A stretch of 30,642 nt of DNA from Rickettsiales bacterium (lineage in GTDB: Bacteria > Pseudomonadota > Alphaproteobacteria > Rickettsiales > UBA1997), in assembly GCA_947455845.1 (NCBI GenBank), contig CANGQE010000001.1, forward strand, positions 1 through 30,642. Reading direction: 5' to 3'. The notes under the pieces were generated by a model that searched no databases, was not told where the DNA came from, and was given only the letters and a program-made list of their open reading frames with translations. Shown piece after piece: positions 1 through 11,137 of this stretch (the stretch's first letter is position 1; every line of letters begins with the position of its first letter). Both the position numbers and the translations under genes were made by a program.

Positions 1-78
1 ATTCTGTAATATCGAAATAATCTCATCTCCCAGCTCTTGTAAATTTATTTCCGACAACTTTTTCTCCCACTCAGTCAT
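1..78 (-). CDS. 5' fragment of an unknown CDS running off the left edge (MTEWEKKLSEINLQELGDEIISILQN...)
   Basis: ATG at 78 followed by 26 open codons to position 1; GAGG-like SD about 12 nt upstream. Too short to assign. Confidence 0.45.
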   Translation of the reverse strand, partial: MTEWEKKLSEINLQELGDEIISILQN

Positions 79-126
79 AATTATTATATCGCCTCAACAT
101 TATTTAGTTCCGAGATTGTCTCGCGC

Positions 127-257
127 AAATCACCCGTCTGATCGCTTCGCGATCATCCACCCTCTTTTTCAAAGAGGGCTTTCCGCGCGAGTAGCCCTCT
201 TTGAAAAAGAGGGAGGGAGCCCGCCGTAGCTTTAGCGTAGGTGGGCGGAAGGGTGAT

Positions 258-260
<3 letters not shown>
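127..260. repeat. Family A palindromic repeat doublet (units 127-183 and 193-260, inverted)
   Basis: Both units follow AAATCACCC-[hairpin]-CCCTCTTTTTCAAAGAGGGCT; the same units recur at 6692-6875 and 12479-12624. Confidence 0.9.
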
Positions 261-2881
<2,621 letters not shown>

Positions 2882-2907
<26 letters not shown>

Positions 2908-4825
2908 TTTTAAATAAATGGCTTGCGACCTGATAATAGCTGATGGCATCATCTAATTTCTTAGCTTCATATTCTTGGATTAAAACTTCCTTAGAGCCAT
3001 TCCAGCCGTATTTTTCAATAGTTACGTCAAAAACTTTTTTCTCTTTCTTGGGCTTGAGTAAATACAGCCTGTCGCCTTGAAAATAGCCAACATACGAGTA
3101 AGTGCTGACGAAAGAATGTTGATCAATAGTTTTGGAATTATTGATTACATCGGTACCGAAAAATTTTGATTTGTAACTCAAGTTCATCAATCCCATTAAG
3201 GTGGGAGCAATATCAATTTGGCTGACATTTTTATTAAAAACCTGCGGCTTGATAATTTTGGGAGCGTAGAAAATTGCTGGAATTTGATAGCGCCACAAAG
3301 GCACGTCAGTATTACCGGCCGAACCGGCGCAATGATCAGCAACTAAAACAAAAATGGTATTTTCAAACCACGGTTTTTTGCTGGCCTCTTCGATTAATTT
3401 CCCGATAGCGTAATCAGTATATTTCACCGCACCGTTACGACCGGTTTTTGAATCAATATCAATTTTGCCCTCAGGATAGGTAAAGGGACGATGATTAGAA
3501 GTAGTCATAATAAAGCTAAAGAATGGCTTACCAGCGGCATAAGATTTATCAGCTTCTTTGATGGCTTTATTGAATAAATCTTCATCAGCAACTCCCCACG
3601 CATTTGAAAAAGAAATTTCTTCTTTGGAAAATTGGGGGCGATCAACAATTTCAAAACCATTATTTTCGTAAAAATAATTCATGTTGTCGAAATAGCCGTC
3701 ACCACCATAAAGAAATTTGGCCTCGTAGCCACGATCTTTAAGGGGACTGGAAATATTAAAAAGATTTTCATTATTAGATCTTCTTACAATTGAATTTCCG
3801 GGTGTTGGCGGTATTGAAAGAGATAAAGCCTCTAATCCTCTAACCGTACGCGTTCCTGTCGCTTTCATGTTAGTAAAAAACAAACCTTCTTTAGCTAAAC
3901 GATCAAGATTTGGCGTAATATTTTCTTCGCTGCCAGAGGACTGCAGGAACTCTTCACTTAGGCTTTCAATCGCAACTAATATTACATTGTATTTTTTTTC
4001 TGTGCCATTTTTTGGCTGAGCAATTAAGCGCGAGATATCTTCTTCATTTAAGAATTTAGAAGAAGGCTCTTGTTTAGAAATTAAATTACGCAAATTAGCT
4101 AAAGCCTCTTTGGCATCTTGAGTTGCGTAAAGCTGGTCGTAGTCAATCTGATTATTGCGATAAGCTGAGAAGAGTTGGTAGATGCCATTTGAGGCAATTT
4201 CTTTGGCGTAATTATTTTGGAAAACTTTGCCCAATTTTGAACTATCGACGCTAAAGAATGCCGCTACTAGGACTGATGCAAATATTGCAAAGTTTTTAAG
4301 ACGAGAAGAGAAATTTGCGATCTCCGGAGTAATAATTTTTTTATAAGTTAATAAAAAAATCGTCGCTGAAGCTGCAAAAATCAAGCTCACCAATATGCCC
4401 ATTGGGTAAGATTCCATGATATTAGAAATTACTTCCGTAGTGTAGATCAGGTAATCAACAGCAATAAAATTAAATCTGGTTTGAAATTCATCCCAGAAAA
4501 CTATCTCCGAAAAAACTGAGAAAGTAATCACGAATAAAAACAGAAAGTAAAAAATTCTATTGATAATTTGATGTTGTTTTGCCGAGAAGATTTTAGCGGG
4601 AATAAAAGTGTAGTAAGCTAGAGGAATAAGGGCTATGTAAGATATGCTTAGTAAATCAAAAAAGAATCCGATGGTGTAAATTTTTAACAAAAGTAGTGCC
4701 GAAAAATCAATTTCGGCTCTTTGTAAAAATAAAAAAACCGCACGTATCCCGAAAGACAAAACGGCGAAAATAGCAAAAATTTTTGCCCAAGAAGAAGCCT
4801 GAACAAGGCTGAGAAACTTTTTCAT
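2882..4825 (-). CDS. LTA synthase / phosphoglycerol transferase-like sulfatase-superfamily membrane protein
   Basis: N-terminal multi-TM region with FWDEFQTRFNFIAVDY; ESLS, catalytic-Thr region TGTRTVRGLEA, TTSNHRPF and VADH motifs. Confidence 0.88.
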
Positions 4826-4829
4826 ATGA

Positions 4830-5219
4830 TTACTTTTTAAACATCTGCAACATACGCCAAGTCACAAAAAACCCACCAAAGATATTTACCGAAGCAATCA
4901 TGATTGCCAAAAAACTTAGAATCGACATGAATGAGAAAGTAGTTGCCGAACCAAGCGCGATTATTGCGCCCACTACAATTACACCAGAAATTGCGTTAGT
5001 AACTGCCATTAAAGGCGTGTGCAAGGCGGGAGTTACTTTCCAAACTACAAAATAACCAACGAAACAAGCTAAAATAAAAACAGTCAGACCAAAAACAAAA
5101 GGGTCAACTCCACCACCGTGGCTGGCATCGTAGCTTAGTTCGGCAATCTTATTTATTAAGAGGTCGGAGCTTTTAGTAATTTGATCGGAAAGCTCGATGA
5201 TTTCTTGAAGGCTGCTCAT
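4830..5219 (-). CDS. pntA: NAD(P) transhydrogenase subunit alpha part 2 (membrane domain, PntAB type)
   Basis: [18 protein letters not shown] and [18 protein letters not shown] signatures. Confidence 0.95.
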   Translation of the reverse strand: MSSLQEIIELSDQITKSSDLLINKIAELSYDASHGGGVDPFVFGLTVFILACFVGYFVVWKVTPALHTPLMAVTNAISGVIVVGAIIALGSATTFSFMSILSFLAIMIASVNIFGGFFVTWRMLQMFKK

Positions 5220-5255
5220 TTTAGAGGATTAATTGATTAGTAGATTGATGCCTCG

Positions 5256-5285
5256 AAGTTACAAAGTTATGGCAAGTTTTGTCAA
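5256..5285 (-). promoter_or_regulatory. Putative sigma70 promoter for the pntA2-sulfatase-PAP2-thiC operon
   Basis: TTGACA (5285-5280), N18, TAACTT (5261-5256) on the minus strand. Confidence 0.4.
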
Positions 5286-5354
5286 TTAAAAACTAGATAA
5301 TATTGCACTCAGTCTTCTCTGAAATCTTCCCTCATTGTCCTATTGGCAACCCAA

Positions 5355-5454
5355 AGTTTGTCACCCCGCACTTGCTGCGGGGTCCACCGTGCAACACAAT
5401 AATTACTTAATGCGTGACTCGGTGGACCCCGCAGCAAGTGCGGGGTGACAAACT
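5355..5454. repeat. Family C inverted-repeat doublet (GTCA ends outward)
   Basis: Perfect 35-bp arms at 5355-5389 and 5420-5454 containing GTCACCCCGCACTTGCTGCGGGGTCC; 30-bp spacer. Confidence 0.95.
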
Positions 5455-5514
5455 AAAGTGGCGTGGTAGAACTAAAATATTCTGTAATTTTTCAACCCCT
5501 CAAAAAAAACTAAG

Positions 5515-5550
5515 TTGACTTCCTCCAAGCCAAATCCTAAAAAGGCGCGC
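5515..5550 (+). promoter_or_regulatory. Putative stable-RNA promoter for tRNA-Gln
   Basis: TTGACT-N17-TAAAAA followed by a GC-rich discriminator GGCGCGC. Confidence 0.5.
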
Positions 5551-5613
5551 TCTTTTTTACGATTTTGGTTTTGTAAAATATTTTTTTACTAAATCACTTT
5601 TAAGAAAAAGTTT

Positions 5614-5688
5614 TGGGACGTCGCCAAGCGGTAAGGCAGCGGTTTTTGATACCGCCATCCGTAGGTTCGAATCCTGCCGTCCCAACCA
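5614..5688 (+). tRNA. tRNA-Gln (TTG)
   Basis: Acceptor TGGGACG/CGTCCCA, anticodon arm GCGGT-TTTTGAT-ACCGC, GTTCGAATC T-loop, encoded CCA. Confidence 0.96.
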
Positions 5689-5813
5689 CTTTTTTTAGAG
5701 CTGTAGAAAAGATTTACCAAAATGAACGAGTTATTTGCGAATAATCCTACCTTCCTAGCAACTCTCCCCCACACTCCCCAAACCCAATCTCAATTTAATA
5801 ATTTACACACAAC

Positions 5814-6248
5814 ATGGATAATTACGGAAACCGCGACGATAACAATCGCAGCAATTTTAGAGAAGAAAATCTCAGAGACGGCGGCGACAGAACGCAGCTT
5901 TTTATCGCAAAAGGCCGCAATGATGGCATGGATTCAAGATCTTTAGTAGATTTCGTATCTTCCGAAACTCAGATCGATCCTAACGAAATCAGCAATGTAA
6001 AAGTTTTAGACGATTTTTCTTTTTTCGCAGTAACGCATGAAGATGCTGAAATGATTTTAGATTTTTTCCAAGAAAAAGCCGGCGACGGACGTCCTTTGGT
6101 TTCTAAAGCTAAAAGAAAAAAACCAAGCGGCGAAAATGGCGGCGGATACAGAAACAATAACGATCGCAACGGCGGTGGTCGCAGAGATTACGGCGGCAAT
6201 AGCGGTAACTATGGCAACATGCGTAGAGATTACGGCAATCGCGATTAA
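5814..6248 (+). CDS. Stand-alone DbpA/DeaD-type RNA-binding domain protein with a G/R/N-rich tail
   Basis: 41/74 ungapped identities (hand count) with the C-terminal domain of the helicase at 18670-20331; followed by an intrinsic terminator. Confidence 0.85.
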   Translation: MDNYGNRDDNNRSNFREENLRDGGDRTQLFIAKGRNDGMDSRSLVDFVSSETQIDPNEISNVKVLDDFSFFAVTHEDAEMILDFFQEKAGDGRPLVSKAKRKKPSGENGGGYRNNNDRNGGGRRDYGGNSGNYGNMRRDYGNRD

Positions 6249-6274
6249 TTTAATTTAGTCTTTTAAATTAATAG

Positions 6275-6308
6275 AAGCCCCGCTAACAAAAGTTAGCGGG
6301 GCTTTTTT
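6275..6308 (+). terminator. Rho-independent terminator
   Basis: 13-bp stem AAGCCCCGCTAAC/GTTAGCGGGGCTT, 4-nt loop, T-tract. Confidence 0.85.
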
Positions 6309-6330
6309 GTTTTCTACACCCAACTAAATT

Positions 6331-6690
6331 ATGAACTTAAAAAAACTTACAGCGTCAGAAGAGCGAGTAATAATTCACAAAGGCACTGAACCGCCCTTTA
6401 GCGGCGAATATTACGAAAATAAAAAACGTGGAAAATATTTGTGCAAACATTGCGGTGCTGAGCTTTTTAGCAGTGACCATAAATTTGAATCAGGTTGCGG
6501 CTGGCCTAGCTTTGATGATGAAATTCCTGATTCGGTAGAGAAAGTTCCGGATGCTGATGGTCGAAGAATTGAGATTTTATGCAAAAAATGCGGTGGGCAT
6601 TTGGGACATATTTTTCACGGGGAAGGCTTTACTAAGAAGGACGCGCGTTATTGTGTTAATTCGATTTCGTTGGAGTTTGTGGAGGAATAG
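6331..6690 (+). CDS. msrB: Peptide-methionine (R)-S-oxide reductase MsrB
   Basis: GTEPPFSG, two CxxC motifs, SGCGWPSF, GHLGHIF, RYCVNS. Confidence 0.96.
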   Translation: MNLKKLTASEERVIIHKGTEPPFSGEYYENKKRGKYLCKHCGAELFSSDHKFESGCGWPSFDDEIPDSVEKVPDADGRRIEILCKKCGGHLGHIFHGEGFTKKDARYCVNSISLEFVEE

Positions 6691-6691
6691 G

Positions 6692-6875
6692 AAAGCCCTC
6701 TTTGACAATTGCTTTAGCAATTGAAACTCACGCAAAAATAACAAAAATCTTGTGAGTAAAAAGAGGGTGGATGATCGCGACAGCGATCAGACGGGTGATT
6801 TGCTTGTCACTTGTTCATTTTAAATCACCCTTCCGCCGCTGTCGCGGCTCCCTCCCTCTTTTTCAAAGAGGGCTT
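6692..6875. repeat. Family A doublet with a 53-bp nested insert in the left terminal palindrome
   Basis: Units at 6692-6801 (interrupted at 6705-6757) and 6821-6875, between convergent msrB and pirin. Confidence 0.9.
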
Positions 6876-6887
6876 GGAGCGCATTTT

Positions 6888-7583
6888 TTACAGATCAAAC
6901 AACAAAAACTCCGAATTTTTTACCGCTTTTAAATTCACTAAACTTTCATTCTCAATCGCCGCCGCATCACCATCTTTAAGGCTTTCACCATTCACAGAAA
7001 TCTCTCCCGAAATCACCTGCACCCAAACTTTACGCCCCGCTTTAATTTTAAAATCCAAACTCCTCTCCGCTAAAAATTTCCCTAAAAAAATCTCCGCATC
7101 TTGATTAATTGCAATTGATCCATCACGTCCCGAACCAGAAACCACCAACGCCAAATCGTTCTTCTCAAAACTTTTCCCAAAAGATTTTTGATCGTAGCGC
7201 GGAGTAATTTGTTTCTCTTTTGGCAAAATCCAAATTTGCAAAAGGTGAGTTTCTGCGGTTTTTGAGTGATTAAATTCCGAATGAAAAACTCCTGTCCCCG
7301 CACTCATTATTTGCACCTCTCCCGCTAATATTGCCGAGGCATTTCCCATTGAATCTTCGTGAGCTAAAGCACCGGAAATTACGTAGGTGATAATTTCCAT
7401 ATCTTTATGCGGATGCTTGCCAAATCCGGCTCCGGCAGCAATTTTATCTTCGTTAATTACGCGCAAATTACCAAATTCCATGTGATTTGGATCGTAATAA
7501 TTGGCAAAAGAAAAACTGTGAAACGATTGCAGCCAGCCATGATTAGCAAAGCCTCTTTCGCTTGATTTACGTATTTTAATCAT
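6888..7583 (-). CDS. Pirin family protein (YhhW-like)
   Basis: HGWLQSFHSFSFA, GFGKHPHKDMEIITYV, QIMSAGTGVFHSE and LQIWILP motifs; AGGTGGGAG SD upstream. Confidence 0.93.
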   Translation of the reverse strand: MIKIRKSSERGFANHGWLQSFHSFSFANYYDPNHMEFGNLRVINEDKIAAGAGFGKHPHKDMEIITYVISGALAHEDSMGNASAILAGEVQIMSAGTGVFHSEFNHSKTAETHLLQIWILPKEKQITPRYDQKSFGKSFEKNDLALVVSGSGRDGSIAINQDAEIFLGKFLAERSLDFKIKAGRKVWVQVISGEISVNGESLKDGDAAAIENESLVNLKAVKNSEFLLFDL

Positions 7584-7652
7584 ACTCCCACCTTTTAAAA
7601 AAAATTATCGCCCCTAAGTTAGAAACCTTACCCAACTTTAATCCGCATTAAA

Positions 7653-8264
7653 ATGAAAACTCTAGTTGTAAAATACCTACCCTCCGGCGCCAATTCCAAA
7701 ACTAAAAAGCTTTTGGATTTATTTTTAAACGGCATTAAAGGAAAAGATATTGAAGTAGTTGATCTACTGGAAGAACCAATGCCAATCTTTGACGAAGAGT
7801 CAGTTCAGGCCTATTACAAACGCAATTACAACGGCCAAAAATTAAACGAAAATGAAGCGCGACTTTTAGAACAAAATGACCATCTCGTCGCTCAATTAAA
7901 ATCTGCTGACATTTTAGTAATGGCCTATCCGATGCATAATTTTGGCATGCCTGCCGCGGTTAAAGCTTATTTAGATGCGGTAATTATGAAGGGAGAAACT
8001 TTTGAACCTGGTAAAAAATTAATGGCAGGAAGAAAAGCTCTAACCCTCTTCACCTCAGGAGGCGTCTATTCCGAAGATAGTTTTAATTTTGAATATCCAA
8101 ATTGGGATACGATCAGACTACTTGCAAAAGTTAATTTCGGATTTATGGGATTTGATGAATCAGAAACAATCTCAACCTCACTTCGTGATGAAGAAAAAGC
8201 AGAAGAAAGATTGCTTGAGGCCAAGAAAAAAATTCATCAAATCGTTCAAAAATGGTACCGTTAA
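7653..8264 (+). CDS. FMN-dependent NADH-azoreductase / flavodoxin-like fold quinone reductase
   Basis: ADILVMAYPMHNFGMPAAVKAYLD and TSGGVYS motifs typical of the AzoR/AcpD family. Confidence 0.82.
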   Translation: MKTLVVKYLPSGANSKTKKLLDLFLNGIKGKDIEVVDLLEEPMPIFDEESVQAYYKRNYNGQKLNENEARLLEQNDHLVAQLKSADILVMAYPMHNFGMPAAVKAYLDAVIMKGETFEPGKKLMAGRKALTLFTSGGVYSEDSFNFEYPNWDTIRLLAKVNFGFMGFDESETISTSLRDEEKAEERLLEAKKKIHQIVQKWYR

Positions 8265-8267
8265 TTA

Positions 8268-8981
8268 ATGTCTAAAAGTTTTGAGCAAGACCGTTATTTC
8301 GTAGTTAAAAATGCCATTTCCAAAGAGCTGGCTGAGTTCTGCTACAACTATTTTATTAACAAAAGAATGGTGGCGAAAACTTTAATTGCAGCGTCCCATC
8401 TTCCCGCCGGCGCTGAATATTTCGGCACTTGGGAAGATTCGCAAATTCCCAATACTTACTCGCACTATTCCGACATTGTAATGGAAACTTTGTTGCAAAA
8501 AATGAAGCCTGTCATGGAGCAGACAACTAAATTAAAGTTAATTGAAACCTACTCTTACGCCCGAATTTATAAGCAAGGCGATACCTTGCATCGCCACAAG
8601 GATCGCCCTTCTTGCGAGATTTCTACCACTCTAAATTTAGGTGGCCCCAATTGGTCAATCTTTTTAGAACCCGACCCCACCAAAGGCGGCATAGTCGGCG
8701 ATAAATATATTTCAGGAAATACTGCCGGTGTAGAAGTAAAATTAGATGCCGGCGACATGCTAATTTACCGCGGTTGCGACTTAGAGCATTGGCGCGAACC
8801 TTTTGATTCCGATGGCTGCGCCCAAGTATTTTTGCATTACAATAATGCCTCTTCTGTTGACGCCGAACTCAACCGCTTTGATCGTCGGCCGCATCTAGGG
8901 CTTCCATCTAGTTTCAAAAAAATAATCAAACCGGCAAGGCCAAGCTCTTTCGTATTTTCCAAGGGACCTAAGCCTTACTAG
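8268..8981 (+). CDS. 2-oxoglutarate/Fe(II)-dependent oxygenase, phage-associated type
   Basis: HxD motif in LHRHKDR, distal His in LEHWRE, YSYARIY and QVFLHY strands. Confidence 0.8.
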   Translation: MSKSFEQDRYFVVKNAISKELAEFCYNYFINKRMVAKTLIAASHLPAGAEYFGTWEDSQIPNTYSHYSDIVMETLLQKMKPVMEQTTKLKLIETYSYARIYKQGDTLHRHKDRPSCEISTTLNLGGPNWSIFLEPDPTKGGIVGDKYISGNTAGVEVKLDAGDMLIYRGCDLEHWREPFDSDGCAQVFLHYNNASSVDAELNRFDRRPHLGLPSSFKKIIKPARPSSFVFSKGPKPY

Positions 8982-10798
8982 AAATGCGAGGATAAGCCCT
9001 CTTTGATAATCTCTAAAAAAACCTCACCATATTTTTTGATTTTAGCTTCGCCAACACCACTGATTTTACCCATTACACTCAAGGATTCAGGACGCAGTTT
9101 TGCCATTTCGATTAGAGTTTTGTCGTGGAAAACTACGTAAGGTGGGACTTTTTGATCTTTGGCGATTTCTAGTCTTTTGGCTTTTAGTTTGGCAAATAAA
9201 TTATTCTCAAAATCACCACTTAGCTCAGAAAGAACTTTAGTTTTACTAGCAGTTTTTTTGTCAGCTTTAACTTTGCCAACATGTTTACGCATTTGAATTG
9301 AACTTTTCTCTTGCAGAAATTTACGGCCGGCATCAGTAATTTTTAAACCGCCAAAGCCTTCAATATCAACCTTCAGCAAATTCATGGCGATTAATTGGCG
9401 GAAGATGCTTTGCCATTCGACTTTACTTAATTCTTTGCCAATGCCGAAAGTGCTGATGCGATCGTGACCAAAATTTTTCATGCGGTCGTCAGAATTTCCC
9501 AGTAACACTTCAATCAAATACCCAACACCAAATCTTTGCTCAGTGCGGTAAACACAAGAAATTGCTTTTTGGGCGGCAATTGTAGCATCAAAGGTTTCAG
9601 GCTTGATTAGGCAATTGTCACAATTGCCACAGGGCTCACTAATATCGCCAAAATATTCGAGTAAAATTTGGCGGCGGCAGGTTGAGGCTTCGCACAAACC
9701 TAAAAGCGAATTTAATTTTTGGCGTTCAATGCGTTTTTGATTTTCTTCGGCATTTGATTCTTCAATAAAATTTCTTTGCATCGCCACATCGGCCAAACCG
9801 TAAGACATCCAAGCATTGGCGGGAAGTCCATCACGACCAGCTCGACCGGTTTCTTGGTAGTAAGATTCGATGTTTTTGGGAATATTCATGTGAGCAACAA
9901 AACGCACATCAGGCTTGTCGATGCCCATGCCAAAGGCAATTGTGGCCACCATGATTACCGAATCTTGTAGTAAAAACTTTTCCTGATTTTTACGGCGCAA
10001 ATCTGCGGTCATTGCACCGTGGTAAGCAAAGGCATTGTAGCCTTCTTCTTTTAGCCACTCCGCAGTTTCTTCTGTGCTTTTTCGTGACAGACAATAAACA
10101 ATGCCGCTGTCATTTTGGTGATTTTCTTTAATGAAATCTAAGAGTTGTTTTTTGCTACTTTGGCGTAGCGCAATGGTGTAAGTGATATTGGGACGATCAA
10201 AACTGGCAGTAAAAATTTTAGCATCTTCAAGGGCAAGACGCTTAATAATATCTTTTCTAGTTGGCACATCTGCCGTTGCCGTAAGTGCAATACGCGGAAC
10301 TTTGGGAAATTTTTGTGCTAAAATTGCCAGCTCGGTATAAACCGGTCGAAAATCATGCCCCCATTGCGAGACACAATGAGCCTCATCGATGGCAAAAAGA
10401 GAAATCTTTACATCCGTGAGTGATTCAAGGAATTCCTCCATCAGCAAGCGCTCTGGTGCCACATAAAGCAAATCGAGTTTTTTTTCTTTGATTTGGTTTT
10501 TAACTTCCCAGACTTGCGCTGACGTCATGCTCGAATTAATCGCTGCGGCATTTACTCCTGCTTGAATTAAGGCGCTGACCTGATCTTGCATCAAAGCAAT
10601 TAGTGGCGAAATAACAATTGCTACCCCATCCAAACATAAGGCCGGAATTTGGTAACAAAGCGACTTGCCGCCACCTGTCGGCATAAGCACGAAGCAGTTC
10701 TTACCAGCAATTACGTCATTGATGATTTCTTCCTGATTACCACGAAATTTATCGTATCCGAAAACTTTTTTGAGAATCTTAGAGGGTGAGTTTTGCAT
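8978..10798 (-). CDS. recQ: DNA helicase RecQ
   Basis: [38 protein letters not shown], Zn-binding Cys cluster and HRDC-like C-terminus; start moved to MQNSP (10798). Confidence 0.96.
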   Translation of the reverse strand: MQNSPSKILKKVFGYDKFRGNQEEIINDVIAGKNCFVLMPTGGGKSLCYQIPALCLDGVAIVISPLIALMQDQVSALIQAGVNAAAINSSMTSAQVWEVKNQIKEKKLDLLYVAPERLLMEEFLESLTDVKISLFAIDEAHCVSQWGHDFRPVYTELAILAQKFPKVPRIALTATADVPTRKDIIKRLALEDAKIFTASFDRPNITYTIALRQSSKKQLLDFIKENHQNDSGIVYCLSRKSTEETAEWLKEEGYNAFAYHGAMTADLRRKNQEKFLLQDSVIMVATIAFGMGIDKPDVRFVAHMNIPKNIESYYQETGRAGRDGLPANAWMSYGLADVAMQRNFIEESNAEENQKRIERQKLNSLLGLCEASTCRRQILLEYFGDISEPCGNCDNCLIKPETFDATIAAQKAISCVYRTEQRFGVGYLIEVLLGNSDDRMKNFGHDRISTFGIGKELSKVEWQSIFRQLIAMNLLKVDIEGFGGLKITDAGRKFLQEKSSIQMRKHVGKVKADKKTASKTKVLSELSGDFENNLFAKLKAKRLEIAKDQKVPPYVVFHDKTLIEMAKLRPESLSVMGKISGVGEAKIKKYGEVFLEIIKEGLSSHF

Positions 10799-10805
10799 CG
10801 CGAGA

Positions 10806-11000
10806 TTAACGATCTCCGCCGCTGCCACCTTTAAGTCTTTTAGTAGCAACGTTTTTTGCGCCTTTAACTACTGATGTGTTAGCCACTACAGCAGCACCTT
10901 TTTTACCACCTTTTCCGCCTCTGCTATTATGAGGATCGGCAACGAAAGGGGAGAGTTTTTTTACAGGTTTGAATTCTGGAGTAGATGCGCTGGTTGTCAT
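10806..11000 (-). CDS. Small basic Gly/Lys-rich hypothetical protein (64 aa)
   Basis: ATG after an AT-rich leader; stop 7 nt before the recQ ATG; fills the gap between the repeat and recQ. Confidence 0.55.
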   Translation of the reverse strand: MTTSASTPEFKPVKKLSPFVADPHNSRGGKGGKKGAAVVANTSVVKGAKNVATKRLKGGSGGDR

Positions 11001-11022
11001 AAAATTTTAAATTGAGTTGTGA

Positions 11023-11117
11023 CGATAGATCCTGAAACAAGTTCAGGATGACGCCGAGAGTGAGAGGCTGCATCCCCCAAAGACTCCGTCATCCTGAACT
11101 TGTTTCAGGATCTATCG
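11023..11117. repeat. Family B inverted-repeat doublet
   Basis: Perfect 31-bp arms at 11023-11053 and 11087-11117; 33-bp unique spacer. Confidence 0.95.
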
Positions 11118-11137
11118 CCATTGTGACTTTAGTATTT

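Noticed and set aside
11017-11127. 7-bp direct repeat TTGTGAC flanking a family B doublet as a target-site duplication (also TTTGGAAT/TTTCGAAT at the PAP2 copy)
   Set aside because: Not consistent across copies (none at 23233), and a TSD model at the PAP2 copy would give a net 107 bp, out of frame; needs empty-site comparison.
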